This document shows positions 1 through 13,525 of a DNA stretch of 64,000 nt, one piece after another (position 1 is the first letter of the stretch; each line of letters starts with the position of its first letter). The DNA is from Octopus bimaculoides (Eukaryota). The stretch spans positions 161,119,964 through 161,183,963 of the forward strand of contig NC_068983.1 of the NCBI RefSeq assembly GCF_001194135.2, written 5' to 3'. The translations under genes were made by a program, and so were the position numbers. The notes beneath the pieces are model-generated. The model saw only the letters and a list, made by a program, of their open reading frames with translations. It was not told the DNA's origin and ran no database searches.

Positions 1-322
1 CATAAATTTTGGGACATCTTGGGATGATCACTATGAGAAATAACTGAATAAATGTTTCTTTCTGATCACTGCTGAACAGAATCATCGATCATTATGGCAT
101 GTTTATCATGTCATATGGCATTACTTCCTAACACTGGTTTAAGGTCTCTACTAGGAAGAACAAACACTAACAGACTGTGGTGATGGTGGTGGAGGAGAAG
201 GCGGTGAAGTGAAAGGTATTGATGGTGGTGTTAACATAAGTCTGAATGGTGTGTATATGGCAGCTGTGGTGGCGATAGTGGTGGTACTGGTGATGGTGAT
301 GGTTGAAAACAATCAACAAGAG

Positions 323-324
<2 letters not shown>

Positions 325-388
<64 letters not shown>
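325..388. repeat. (GA)n microsatellite
   Basis: Near-perfect GA run; accounts for the ERERER/LSLSLS ORFs. Confidence 0.95.
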
Positions 389-391
<3 letters not shown>

Positions 392-469
392 TAAGAAAGT
401 AAGAAAGAAAGAAAGAAAGATTAGACAAAACAAAATTGACAAAAAATGTTTATCATGCAGCTTTGCTAT

Positions 470-2115
470 TAGTTCCAAGTTGACAAATTTTATCATTGTT
501 TTGATGAAAATTGTTCATAGTGCAAATAATGTATCGCTCACGGTGACGTTGCAGAGAATAGAGTTTCAGCTGTTTAAGTCGAACCCAATAACCAAGTCCC
601 ATCATGCCATTTATTTTTGTTTTAGTGATTGATCTTTGTGGCGCTTCGATCCTCATTATGTCTTGTTTTTTGTAGGGCCACCACAATGGGCAGCAGTAAT
701 CGAGGTGGGGCCTAGTGAATGTAGAAAGGAGAAGGATATAATGGTTTCATGATACCTAGATTGAAAAGTTCTGAGGATCCATGAGCACATTCTGCGGGCA
801 ACATCGACTTTTTTGTTGATGTGCACACTCCAGCTAAGGTTGCTGTCGATAGTTACACCTAAGTCTCTGATATCTGACGGTTCCAGTAGATCTCCCGACG
901 GTAGTGTATATGGTTGTTTGAGTGTGCCTTCTTTTCCATAGTGGATGATCTCGAATTTTTCTTCGTTCAACTGCATGTTTTTTTTTTTGTGCCCACTGGG
1001 TTACTGCGCATAGGTCCAATTGAAGCATCGTTCGATCATACGCTCCCTTAATGACTTTCTGGAGCTTAGAGTCATTTGCAAATATTTTAATGGTGCTATG
1101 TTCAATGGAATCTGTAATGTGATTGATATAGACAATAAAAAGAAGTGGACCCAGCACAGTACCCTATGGGACTCCGCTGATGATTTTTGCTGGTCTTGAG
1201 TGAATGCCATCAACCACAACATGTTAGGTCCTGCTTGTTGGGAAATACATAATCCATTAATGTAGTTTTCCAGCAACTCCAGTGTTGGATAGTTTCCTTA
1301 ACAGTATATTGTGGTCGACTCTGTCAAAGAACTTGCTGAAATCAAGGTATATGACATCCGCGTTGGAGCCCTCACTTAGTGCATTTAAGATGTCATGAAA
1401 TTAGTGGAGGAGCTGTGTTAGACAGTCCCTCTTACCATGAAAGCTATGCTGGTTGCAATTTCGGAGACGATTTTGTTCTAGGAAAGCTGTTATTCTTGAT
1501 CTCAACACTCAAATACTTTGATGATTTATGAGATGAGTGAGATGGGACGGTAGTTTATAGGGGGCGATTTATTCTCCTTTCTAAAGATAGGAATGATTGA
1601 CTGGGAGAGAAGGTTTTGAGGGATAAAACCGGCATCCAGTGATTTCCTCCAGAAATTTGTAAGAGGAACTGCAATTTGCTGTTTGCATTCCTTCAGCACT
1701 CTAGCAGGGAACCTGTCCAGACCCACTGTTGAATCTTTTATTGCTGCTAGGATATCAGTGGCGTCGAAGGTTATGTCGGAAAGGACATGTTGGAGATTGA
1801 AAGAAGCAAAGCTGCTTGAATCGACTCTATCAGGATCACTGAAGACAGAGCAGTATTGACTTTGCAGGATCTCAGCCATGTCTTTGGCATCACTGTGAAG
1901 GATGCCGTTTTCATCAACCAGTGGGCTAATAGAGGAAACTGTGATCCTACCTGTTGCGGCAAAGGCACAAAAGACCTTTGCAAAATACCGAAAGGAACTT
2001 CACCTCTTATATCGCACCTTTCTTCCTCCTTTAACGTCGATGTGATATAATTTCTTGGGAGAGAAATACTTTTGCGGCTGAAGATAGCTTTGTATTGGCA
2101 ATTATACACTGATAT
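470..2115 (-). mobile_element. Degenerate CR1/L2-like LINE ORF2 fragment (reverse transcriptase and C-terminus)
   Basis: Minus-strand ORF pieces in colinear order: 'FPARVLKECKQQIAVPL..KENKSPPINYRPISL', 'LGPLLFIVYIN..IKIFANDSKL' (decayed YADD), 'RDLGVTIDSNLSWSVHI', 'YWVRLKQLKLYSLQRHRERY'. Many frameshifts and stops. Confidence 0.9.
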
Positions 2116-3111
2116 AAAGCTTGAAACACGTGTACCGCAGAATCCTTTGTGTTTTTGTTGTTAATTTTTGCATTTACAATTTATATATATATATATATAT
2201 NNNNNNNNNNNNNNNNNNNNNNNNNNNNNNNNNNNNNNNNNNNNNNNNNNNNNNNNNNNNNNNNNNNNNNNNNNNNNNNNNNNNNNNNNNNNNNNNNNNN
2301 NNNNNNNNNNNNNNNNNNNNNNNNNNNNNNNNNNNNNNNNNNNNNNNNNNNNNNNNNNNNNNNNNNNNNNNNNNNNNNNNNNNNNNNNNNNNNNNNNNNN
2401 NNNNNNNNNNNNNNNNNNNNNNNNNNNNNNNNNNNNNNNNNNNNNNNNNNNNNNNNNNNNNNNNNNNNNNNNNNNNNNNNNNNNNNNNNNNNNNNNNNNN
2501 NNNNNNNNNNNNNNNNNNNNNNNNNNNNNNNNNNNNNNNNNNNNNNNNNNNNNNNNNNNNNNNNNNNNNNNNNNNNNNNNNNNNNNNNNNNNNNNNNNNN
2601 NNNNNNNNNNNNNNNNNNNNNNNNNNNNNNNNNNNNNNNNNNNNNNNNNNNNNNNNNNNNNNNNNNNNNNNNNNNNNNNNNNNNNNNNNNNNNNNNNNNN
2701 NNNNNNNNNNNNNNNNNNNNNNNNNNNNNNNNNNNNNNNNNNNNNNNNNNNNNNNNNNNNNTACTTCTTGTATTAGCGTGTGATGTGGTCAAGTATTCCA
2801 CATATATATATGTGCTCCTAATGCAATGCTGACCTTATGAATTACAGGTATAATCCATCCGAAGGGCTTCCACACATTTTCTGACTTTACAGTTTCATTT
2901 GACAGTCATGGTTCGATCCGTGACTATGGCAGGAGAAACTTGCCCGAAATATTTCGCAGTAGAATTCTGAGACATCATTATAACGGACTGAATTAATAAC
3001 TACCCACCCATGTCACACACACACACACACACACACATACTGAACTAATAATTCCTGAAACGAAGAAAAAGAGAGAGAGAGAAACTCAAATACTTTTTAA
3101 TATTCCTGTCA

Positions 3112-3570
3112 ATTATAGGTACAAGTCTCGAAATTTGGAGGGTATCGACTCCGCTGCTTCACTGCTCTTATTTCATCGACTCCGAAAGGATTAACTGAAT
3201 TTCAATTCAGAACGTAAAGAGGACGAAATACCGCTAAGCATTTTGTCCGGCGTGCTAATGATTCTTCCATCTCGCCACCTTCGTATTACTTAATATCAAT
3301 TAAAGTTTTTCTTGTATGCCTTGAAGTAAAATCTGTTAATTAAAAAAGAAAGTACATCAGCCAGCTGGCAGAAGCGTTGGCAAGTCGGGCAAAATGCTTA
3401 GCGGTATTCTGTCCGTCCATATTTTTTGAATTCATATTCCGCCAAGTTCGACTTTACTTTTCATTCGTCTGGGGTCGATAAAATAAGTACCAGTTGAACA
3501 CTGGAGTCAATGTAATCGACTTAGCCCCCTTTCCAGAAATTTCGGCCTTGTGCCAAAATTTGAAACCATT
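3112..3570. mobile_element. Two family-A tRNA-derived SINE copies, head-to-head (3112-3280 minus; ~3359-3570 plus)
   Basis: Match the recurrent unit GGCGGCGAGCTGGCAGAA.CGTTAGCACGCCGGGCGAAATGCTTAGCGGTATTTCG...GAGTTCAAATTCC...GGGGTCGAT, which has A/B-box-like motifs and occurs many times in the window. Confidence 0.8.
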
Positions 3571-3861
3571 TGAAACCAAATAAGAAAGAATATGGCCAAG
3601 GATTGGACCAAGTCCACAATTCAGTTTCGATTCCTGAAGGAAACCACGATATGGCTTCGATTTCTGATCGAAACGTATGAAGGTAACGAAATCCACTGTA
3701 CCCAGCTTTAGAAATTGTGGCTATTCATGCTTAGTTAAAAGTAAGCACAATAATTTTTATTCATTTCTAATTGAATTTGTTGCGCGTAACTCTTATTACT
3801 CTCTTTGGGAAGTACTTCAACATCAATTGTGATTTTTCTTCTTCCCTGAAATGCAAGAAGG

Positions 3862-4035
3862 CGGCTAGCTGGCGGAATTCTTAGCACGTTGGACAAAATA
3901 CTTATCGGCGTCTTTTCCTGTGCATTACGTTCTGAGATCAAATCCCAGCGAGGTCAATTTTACTTTTCATCCCTTTGGGGTCGGTTAGGTAAAGTACCAA
4001 TGAAGTAATGGTGTCGATGCAATTAACTTGTTTCT
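3862..4035 (+). mobile_element. Degenerate family-A SINE
   Basis: 'ggcggctagctggcggaattcttagcacg...ctttggggtcgg' similarity to family A. Confidence 0.65.
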
Positions 4036-4983
4036 CCCCTACTCTCATCATTGCTGGCTTTGAATCCTGCATCCGTTCGGTAGAATGTTGTGGTCCCTTA
4101 TACGGGAAATCGGATAACGAGCCCTATGAGTCATAAGGCAAAAACAAAACAAAGAAGTCATAATAAATAAAATACAAACTATGTACAGCTTATCGAAAGG
4201 AAAATATTTGTCTAAAATCGCAACGCGAAAACCCTTGGAAAAAAATTTCATAGTCAAGTCACCCCATTTTTCCATCACATAAATATTGAGCATTGCGTCT
4301 TGTCAGATTTTTTTTTAATGAAACGAGTGCCATAGACCAAAATGCTTGCTCATGACAAGTCGAATTCATTACGTGGTTTCGATTACCGAATTACAAAAAA
4401 TTCATTTCATTTACGCAGCTAATGTATTTGAAAGAAAACACGAGAACCACAAGCGTGCAGTTTTGTTTTTTTTACTCAATTACAGGGTTTTTATACCATA
4501 GCCGAAAGGAACTAAAATTATTGTCCCATATTCCTTACTTCTAAAATCCCCGAGAAAGGCATAAACGTCACCACATTTCTTTGTACTCGCTCAAAAGAGA
4601 AATCAATATTACTATTCTGTTTTAATTAGACAAGGCAACAAGAACACATAAAACAATAGTTAAGACGGCTAAGTAATAAACATATTTGGTGTATGGTAAT
4701 TAGCTTTGGCGACGAGCTCCAGAATGTAATAAGGCGCCAAAAGAGAAACGCTACTTTAGCTAGCCGAAATCAAATATGTAAAGAAACATTTTGTTGCTTT
4801 TCTTTCTTTCTTTCTTTCTTTCTTTCTTTCATCCATTATTTATTTATTTATTTATTTACTTATTTGTTTATTTACTTATTTGTTTATTTTCTTGTGTTTA
4901 TTGGTGAGATTATGGTCTCCTTTAACTTTGTTTCTGTTTGTTTCCGTTTTAATTCTAGTATCGTAAAAAGAACAGACAACAAA

Positions 4984-5015
<32 letters not shown>

Positions 5016-5030
5016 GTAGTAGTAGTAGTA

Positions 5031-5078
<48 letters not shown>

Positions 5079-5101
5079 TAGTAGTGGTAGTAGTAGTAGT
5101 A
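4984..5101. repeat. (TAC)n/(TAG)n compound microsatellite
   Basis: Direct reading; the TAC run switches to a TAG run, giving a local inverted arrangement. Confidence 0.9.
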
Positions 5102-5793
5102 ATCTGTTCTTTGTACAAAGCGAAAATACATTACAATATAGTCTATTACACTAAAACATAAAATAGGGCCTACTATAAATGTATGCGTGCGTGTACGGAC
5201 CTACAGACATACACACACACATGCACATATACACACACATACATACATACATACATGCATNNNNNNNNNNNNNNNNNNNNNNNNNNNNNNNNNNNNNNNN
5301 NNNNNNNNNNNNNNNNNNNNNNNNNNNNNNNNNNNNNNNNNNNNNNNNNNNNNNNNNNNNNNNNNNNNNNNNNNNNNNNNNNNNNNNNNNNNNNNNNNNN
5401 NNNNNNNNNNNNNNNNNNNNNNNNNNNNNNNNNNNNNNNNNNNNNNNNNNNNNNNNNNNNNNNNNNNNNNNNNNNNNNNNNNNNNNNNNNNNNNNNNNNN
5501 NNNNNNNNNNNNNNNNNNNNNNNNNNNNNNNNNNNNNNNNNNNNNNNNNNNNNNNNNNNNNNNNNNNNNNNNNNNNNNNNNNNNNNNNNNNNNNNNNNNN
5601 NNNNNNNNNNNNNNNNNNNNNNNNNNNNNNNNNNNNNNNNNNNNNNNNNNNNNNNNNNNNNNNNNNNNNNNNNNNNNNNNNNNNNNNNNNNNNNNNNNNN
5701 NNNNNNNNNNNNNNNNNNNNNNNNNNNNNNNNNNNNNNNNNNNNNNNNNNNNNNNNNNNNNNNNNNNNNNNNNNNNNNNNNNNNNNNNNNNNN

Positions 5794-6149
5794 TAATAAA
5801 TTACGCTGTGCGTATCTATGTGTGTAACAAATTTAGAGTTCGGATTCTAGAGTTAGGGTTAGTTTTAGGGTTAGGGTTAGGGTTAACAGTCTAGTTAGGG
5901 TTAGGGTTAGGGGATTAATACGATATACACCGTTACAGCGCTAACTGTTTTCAACTGAATAGACGTCAGTGATTAGTAGAAATTATCGAAATAAGACAAT
6001 TTTTTACATGAAATAAATTCGAATACAAAAATATTTTTCTGTTCTATAACACAAAATAGATAAGTATACGAAGTTTGAAAGTCTTTCCGTACCAAAAACA
6101 CTACATAAAACATAAATGAAAACTGGTGCCCCCGTTTTAAAATAGATCC
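5794..6149 (-). mobile_element. Partial copy of TTAGGG-containing MITE (other end lost in N gap)
   Basis: Ends in ...GCCCCCGTTTTAAAATAGATCC. Is the reverse complement of the left arm of the TIR element at 47080-47670. Internal (TTAGGG)n. Confidence 0.8.
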
Positions 6150-8149
6150 CTTTCCTGCACTATATTTATTGTGAAATCCCTTCCCCATGAAATATAATAA
6201 TTAAACACCAACTTGAAGATACGAAATGCGAGGCAGAACATTCACGTCACACGAGTGAAAACGATATCAAAATTCGATATGTGTTTGAATAAAAGATAAT
6301 ACTGTGGAAAGTGTATTTCTATTAAAGTCGCATAGTATACTGTTCATCACAACTAGAACATCCACAAGAAGACATGGGAACGATTCACACCAGATTTTCA
6401 AAAGCTTGTTTGCTTTCATACACATATAATTTATAAAAGCAAGCTTCACTTCGTTTAAGATATGTATACATGAAGTCGACATTAATCCTCGTTTAATCAA
6501 CAATGAATATAATTCAATTGAAGTATAAGTGGAATTTTTAAACGAATAAGAAAATGACAATCACACTGCAGGCTTTAGAGCGACACAAAACCGTAAACAA
6601 GCTTCCTTTTCAGCCTTGGACTAAAAATTATAAGAGCGAATTTTTCAACTTCTACGAGGTCGCCTGCTACGACTGCTACGAGGTCGCCTGATCTTACAGA
6701 AATAGCTACCAAATTTTCCTCAAAATACATCCTACCTTGTAAAGGAGAAAAGGACGAAGAGCCTAATGAGGCTCTGGATGACTGAAATGAAATTTAACGA
6801 GATGATCACAGCAAGAATGCTTTTCATTGTCAGCCCATACAATAAGGTTTGAGCTGATGCCAAACAACATTTCGTAAAATCCGTACGCGGAGACGGAATT
6901 TTTCGGTAACTCTTTTTTCTCATCAAAGGATGATAAAATATTTTGAGGAGTTTTCTCTGATAAGAAAAAAATGGAGTCAAACAATAATTGACTCTTTTCT
7001 ACAAACGATAACTGCTTACTAGGGTGCATGACGACATACACCAAGATAACCACTTCAAATTTAAGCTGTCATAGATGTTTGGTCATTCGTTCTGCCAGGA
7101 ATAACATTCAAATCTTTAAATCCATCATGTTACAAATAAAGGACGCGTTTATAACGTAGTCCTTGATATAATCTCTGGAAATATGGGATGGTTGAGGTTG
7201 TAAAACATTTGATAACAGATAAAATTATTCCTGGCATCTTGAAGCTAATCAACAATAACTTTTGACAAATTTTGTGTCAACTCACCAACAGTCACAAACT
7301 TGGTGGCCGTTTCACTATAATGCATTTAAACGACAGAAGAGAAGGGAAAAATACCTTGATACATTCTATAAGCTCATTCGTTTCCTAAAATACAGTAACA
7401 CCATTTGATTACTTGCCAAGAAGATCTTTAATTTTGTAGACCCCCACCTTACTCCTTATTTGTTGTTCTTCAGTCACAGAAGATGTGTAAGTAGCATTAC
7501 GGCTGAAAGAAAAGCCAAGTACATCTGATGGTTATTTTGTTTCAAACTCCAAACAGCACAAAACAATTGCCCTCAAAACGTTCCTTCTCCACTCCACCGT
7601 CACTTATGAAACATTCGTTCACTTTAACTCTACAAAGTAATCAACGTTATGGTGTTTCATCTCCTCCCCCTCTCTCTCTCTCTCTCTCNNNNNNNNNNNN
7701 NNNNNNNNNNNNNNNNNNNNNNNNNNNNNNNNNNNNNNNNNNNNNNNNNNNNNNNNNNNNNNNNNNNNNNNNNNNNNNNNNNNNNNNNNNNNNNNNNAGA
7801 GAATTCCTAAATTAACTTGTATTGTCACCAAAAGCTTAGTTTTAATCTTTCTCTTTCAAATTACAACCCCCCCCCCACCAAAAAAAATTATTTAACATAT
7901 GGACTGATACTACAACATACTCCGTTGTAAAACTCGAGCAACTCTCTCAAAGTGCCATCTATCAGTCATCTGTCTCCATTCATCCTAAGTTCCATCTTAC
8001 AGTTAATGGAACTAGGCGTTATCAACGACCTGTTTTAAGTCTTTAAATCTTTTTCTCTTCTCAGTTATCACAAGTAACTCTTCTGTAGAACCAGCTCAAC
8101 TAGAAGCTTTGCAAGATCACACCAGTTGTTTCTTGCTCCTGAACTTAAT

Positions 8150-8450
8150 GAAAAGAATGTCATTACTCTTGAAATCGACAAAAATTTCGACTCCTTAACA
8201 CAGTAACCTTCAGGCTAAACTGCTCGCAAATGGCTTCCACCTGTCTTAGATCGAGTGTTACCTATCAAACTGCACCATTGCAAAATGCACTGGTTCTCTC
8301 TATATTACCTCTCTCTCCCAACTCAATCAGTATGGGTGTGCAACAACAATCGGTAATAATGTCTCCCATAAACTTTTCTCTGTACATTAATGATCTACAT
8401 GATGGTACTTATAGCTGATTACACTCTTATACAGATGATAATCCACTTCA
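8150..8450 (+). mobile_element. Very old LINE RT remnant (CR1-like)
   Basis: 'ITLEIDKNFDSL', 'SISMGVQQQSVIMSPINFSLYINDL' resemble DxxKAFD and GVPQGSVLSPxLFxLYINDL. Confidence 0.5.
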
Positions 8451-9690
8451 TACCTCCTTAAACCTCAGTACACAGGCGTCACTCACACTTAAGTGAGACA
8501 CCTCATACAGCGTATGTATATATTTCTTGTTCAATGACCTCAAAAAAATCCTCCAATAAGTACATGATAAACTTGTTTCCTTCACAATTACTAAACACAC
8601 CAAAGAAACTGTGTTACACTACACTTTCTCTTTGGGTAAATAATATTCAAATTAAAGTCAGCAAGATCGTTTAGATTTCATAATCTCTGATAATCACTCA
8701 TGGTGACTTTGATATAAGAAACGGATCGCGAAATGTTTGCCAAGGCAAGCTAGACGATCATAAGGTAATTTTTTTTTGTTTTTTTTGCTGTATTTTTTTT
8801 TTTATGGCCATGTTCAAAGCGAGATAGAAAACCTAAGACAATGGAATTTCAAAATAAAACAACTTCTTCAATTCAGAAATTGCTTGTGTTTTATTATATG
8901 ACATATGATTGTGGTGGATGTAGTTTTGTTTGTACTATAGAGTTAGCAATGTGTGGTTTTATTGTGTAGATGTCAGTCTTCGGTTGGCAAGCTCATACTG
9001 GAAAGAAGGCATTCGTTTAGACCATATCAATACCCTTGATCCCGGAGGTGTGGAGATGGGGAGCAACCTCTCCCTCTCCATCTTTTCCTTCCGCTTCAAG
9101 AGAAAACTTACAGAAAAAAACTGATGAGGGACTGATCGAAAAGGAAAGTGTTTTTATTAAAGCTAAGTATAAAACACGTGTCAAATATGGCGACCTTTAC
9201 ACACAAGATGGCGGAAAAGCCTATATTTTGATCGATCTGTTTCAAAGCTTACTTCGGAGAACTAACTGCTTTGTTCTCATTTTCATACAGAAGTGGATTC
9301 CTTCAGTGGCGAACTTCCTACCGCCTATGGGTACTTGGTGGGAAAATATTCAAAAAAGCTACTTCTCCAAGTTAATCCACCTAAAGCTCTTAAACTTAAG
9401 AATATCTTTCTGTAATTCTTTTAAAAATCTTAACAGTCAAGTTGTTGTCCATTCAGAGAATGTTTTTCAGACCATTATTATTTGCTTCAGAACTGAAAAT
9501 AGGTAGCATTTTCTGGTTTTTAAACAAGGAAATGTCGGACCAAGCCAAAAGTCCTAGACAACCAGCAGACACACATAGCATCCTCTTGATATTGTGATCC
9601 TCTTGATACAGGAGGACATTAGCGCTAAATGTCCTCCTATATCAAGAGGATCACATCAGTATCATTCTTTGAAGATATTATAACTTTTGA

Positions 9691-9731
<41 letters not shown>

Positions 9732-9732
9732 G

Positions 9733-10138
9733 ACGCGAGGATGAAGAATCGCTAGCAGGCCGGGCAAAATGCTTAGCGGCATTTCGCCGTCTTTACATTC
9801 TGAGTTCGAATTCCTCCGAGGTTGACTTTGCTTTTCATGCTTTCGGGGTCAATAAATTAAGTACCAGTTGAGTACTGGGGTCGATGCAATTGACTATTCC
9901 CCATTACAAAATTTCAGGCCTAGTGCCTACAGTATTGATAGAAATGTTACCGCGCTGGGCAAATTCCTTAACGGTATTTCATCGATTTTCACATTCTGAG
10001 TTCAAGTGCCGCCGAGGTCGACTTTGCCTTTCATTGTTTCGGGCTCAAAAAGCAAGCACCAGTGGAGTACTGGGGTTCATGTAATCGACTTACACCCCTC
10101 CTCCGAAACTGCTGGCCTTGTGTCAAAATTTGAAACTA
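9733..10138 (+). mobile_element. Tandem pair of family-A SINEs after a (TTA)n run
   Basis: Two consecutive family-A bodies, each with GAGTTC B-box and GGGGTCGAT domain. Confidence 0.75.
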
Positions 10139-10755
10139 ATACTATATACCATGTATTTTTATCATTCCATTCTCTGTAAGTCCCCATACTTTATGTCCCT
10201 CTTTGTATTGTACTCTTCATCTGCCACTCTGGCGACAAATAAAAGAATTCATCGCATCGTCGTCATCATCATCATCATCATCATTATCATCATCATCATC
10301 ATCACCATTACTATTGTTATGTTTAGTATTGTAAATGAGCTTTTTGTTTAGGATACGACCTTTCTTGTGGAAGTTCAAAACAAAACAAGCAAAAACTGGG
10401 TAACATAGGAAAATATTGAACAAAAATAAAAGATGAAAAGACACAAAATGATAGAAAGTTTAACGGATAAAATTACTACAACTATTACTACTAAAATTCT
10501 GTTACTAGCAACAGTTAGCATCAACCTACTATATACAAGTAAAATTAACCCACACACTTGAATTTTTAAACGAAACCCTATCTATTACAAAATAAGCATT
10601 AAAAATATCAAAATCCATTTGAAAATAAACATCAAAATGATCAGGCTTCTAATATTGTATTATCCTCAAGTAGTCAAATGGTACCAGATTATAACTGCAT
10701 CATCACACCGAGTTGATTCACAAGACGAGTGAGTTATTATTGAGTGAGTCAGTAA

Positions 10756-10756
<1 letters not shown>

Positions 10757-10795
<39 letters not shown>

Positions 10796-11125
10796 GAGAG
10801 AGAAAGCGGTGAGGAAAAAGATGAGAGAGAGACGGTGAGAAAAAGCAAGAGGTGTGAGGGAATGGGAGAAATAGAGAAAGATAGACAGAGAGAGAGAGAA
10901 AGATAGACAGAGAGAGAGAAAGATAGACGCAGAGAGAGAAAGATAGACACAGAGAGAGAAAGAAAGTGTACGTAGTAAAGAGAAGATGAGAGAGATGGTG
11001 AGAAAGAGTAAGATAAGTGTAAGAGAATGAGAGAAATAGAGAGACGGGACAGAAAGTGGTAAGAAAAAGAGAGAAATAGAGAGAGAGAGAAAGAGATGCA
11101 AACAGACAGAGAAAGAGAGAGGGAG
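10757..11125. repeat. Purine-rich (AG/GATAGA) compound low-complexity tract
   Basis: ~370 bp, mostly A/G on the plus strand, with recurrent GAGAGAAAGATAGAC subunits. Confidence 0.85.
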
Positions 11126-11473
11126 ACTAAATCAGACGTAAATCAGACGTATTACATGCGATAGTAAGGATAGGAAGACGGGTAGAGACATTACCAATCA
11201 TTTGTAAATTAATGCGAAATTAGCAGAAATAATGTAAGCACATCCGAAATGAAATTGAAATAATAACAGAATAAAGTATAGCACATAAAAAAATGTGTCT
11301 CGTGTTGAAATCATATAATATCTGTTAAATAAAGCGTCCATAGTCAGGGCGTCTCGCTGTTGGTGACCAAGAGCCATTTCTCTGGGAATTTCACTTAAAA
11401 ACCAATTTAGATGATATGAAATTGACCAAAGGCTACTACCTCATTGCTTATGTATATCTGCATACATTACACA

Positions 11474-11518
<45 letters not shown>

Positions 11519-11733
11519 ATCTATGTACGTGTGTATGTATATTTATACATATACTCACACATATTTATACGCATGTACATGCACATATATGTGTCTGTGT
11601 ATTTAACTTCATGTGTATATGTATATGTGTATGCAAGCGCACTTGTATGCATATATATATATATCCCGATAAATATGTGTATATGTGTGTGTACTGGTAA
11701 CACAAGACGATGATGACGTTGGTAGTAGTAGTA

Positions 11734-11792
<59 letters not shown>

Positions 11793-11940
11793 ACACTTTC
11801 AATACAGTAACCATAAGAGCATCACAGCAAACCACAGCACATACCCAAGGCACACAGAGCTGCGCTCGGTAGTGAAGTGAATGCACGTTATAAAAATAAA
11901 ACTACTGAACAATAATAATAATAATAATAATAATAATAAT

Positions 11941-12330
11941 TGAGAGTCAACCTTAGGAATAAGCAAGTGCCTCCGTTGTGCTGCATCTGGAATAGAGTGA
12001 ATGAAACCATTGCCCATATCACGAACAAATGCCTTAGACTTGCCAAAAACCACTACAAGTTGTGACGACACGACCAGGTAGCGAAAGTGCTACATTGGTA
12101 ACTGCGATCATACCAGTAGTAATTGGTGCGTTGGGAATGCTAAAGAAGGGAGCTGAGAAGTATATTAAGCAACTCCCTGGAAACTCCAATCTCCGTGAAC
12201 TACAAAAGATAACCTTGATGGGTACAGCCCATATACCACGGAAAGCACTTTCCATCTAAAATGGAATAAATGAGGTGATAATTTTAGCATCCATAGCAAA
12301 ACAAACGTGCCTTTGCTACTCTTGTCCTCC
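11941..12330 (+). mobile_element. R4/Dong-like RLE non-LTR fragment, internally deleted, directly after (TAA)n
   Basis: Zinc-knuckle region (CxxC..ETIAHI..C..LAKNHYK..RHDQVAKVLHW) joined to the C-terminal 'IPVVIGALG..LQKITLMGTAHIPRKAL'. Confidence 0.75.
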
Positions 12331-12387
12331 GGAGGACGCCCTGTACTAAGCTGAAATAAAATTATAATGAAAAGAAACCATTAATAA

Positions 12388-12771
12388 TGGCCACGAATGA
12401 GCAAGCGTCTCCATTGTGCCGCATCTGCAATAGGGTGGATGAAACCATTGCCCATATCACGAACGAATACTCTAGACTTGCCTAAAACCATTACAATTTG
12501 TGGTGACACGACCATGTAGCGAAAGTGCTTCATTGGAAACTGTGCGAAAAGTGGGGACTAGGGAGATGCAAGACGTGGTATGAGCACAAACCGCAGAATG
12601 TGGCGGAGTCGGAGACTAGCAAAATCCTCAGGGATTTCCCAATCCAAACAGATCGGGTACTAGGGAGCATAACAGACCGGACCTAGTGGTGATGGACAAG
12701 GTGCACCACATATGCTATATACCTGATGCTGCATACCCCTTTGACTCACGAATTGTCAAGAAAGAAGGCGA

Positions 12772-12825
<54 letters not shown>

Positions 12826-13124
12826 TAAACCCTCTTAACTACTAAATAGCCCCGTTATGGAAAATGAAGACGGTGAAGACAGTGCCAATTATTGTTGGTT
12901 CCTTGAGGACAGTATAAGAAGGCACCAAGAGGAATATAAAGGAAAATGGAATAGAGTGCCCAGTAGAACTGTTACAAAAGGTTTGCCTCCTTGGCACGGT
13001 CAGAATAATCAGGAAAGTACTAGATAGCCGAAAAGAATGGATAGCATAGTGCCATAGACTGCAGGTAGCAAGCCCGCGACGCATGCAAGACTCTAGGAGC
13101 TCCAACAAAACCTGTGACAAAGAG
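12388..13124 (+). mobile_element. R4/Dong-like RLE non-LTR 3' fragment, interrupted by (GATA)n and followed by (GAA)n
   Basis: 'CRICNRVDETIAHITNE', 'DFPIQTDRV..NRPDLVVMDK..PFD..KKEGEKI', 'PIIVGSL..LLQKVCLLGTVRIIRKVL': CCHC plus PD-(D/E)xK-type endonuclease C-terminus. Confidence 0.8.
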
Positions 13125-13235
13125 AGAAGAAGAAGAAGAAGAAGAAGAAGAAGAAGAAGAAGAAGAAGAAGAAGAAGAAGAAGAAGAAGAAGAAGAAGAA
13201 GAAGAAGAAGAAGAAGAAGAAGAAGAAGAAGAAGA
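13125..13235. repeat. (GAA)n microsatellite
   Basis: Perfect GAA run. Confidence 0.95.
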
Positions 13236-13359
13236 ATGGTTTCAAATTTTGGTGCAAGGCAAGCAATTTCGGGGGTGGGATTAAGTCGATTTCATCGATC
13301 CCAGTGTTCGAGTCGACCTCAGCGGAATTTCAACTCGGAACCTGAAGACAGACGTGATG

Positions 13360-13525
13360 CTTCGAGCATCGCGCACATCCTACGTAAAGCACTTTGAAAA
13401 TGAGAGCACCACAGCAAATCACAACACATACCCAAGGTACACAGAGCTGCGCTCGGTAGTGCAGGGAAAGCACGTGATAAAAATAAGACTACTAAATAAT
13501 AGTAATAATAATAATAATAATAATA
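13360..13525 (+). mobile_element. 3' end of an R4/Dong-like element with (TAA)n tail
   Basis: 'IAHILRKAL' followed by a 3' UTR (CACATACCCAAGG.ACACAGAGCTGCGCTCGGTAGTG) also found at ~11815-11910; both end in TAA runs. Confidence 0.65.

Noticed and set aside
3620-3690. Hammerhead-like CTGAAGG...GAAACGTA with a hairpin
   Set aside because: Core differs from CUGANGA, stem II is not adjacent to GAAA, and stem I does not pair.
5851-5912. TTAGGG repeats as a true telomere or fusion scar
   Set aside because: Short, interrupted, and embedded in a dispersed TIR element present three times in the window.
6250-7400. Possible hAT transposase relic on the minus strand ('SKYFIIL.DE')
   Set aside because: Only one weak motif, with no TIR or TSD; cannot be supported.
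9122-9150. CTGATGA...GAAA motif
   Set aside because: No convincing stem I, II or III.
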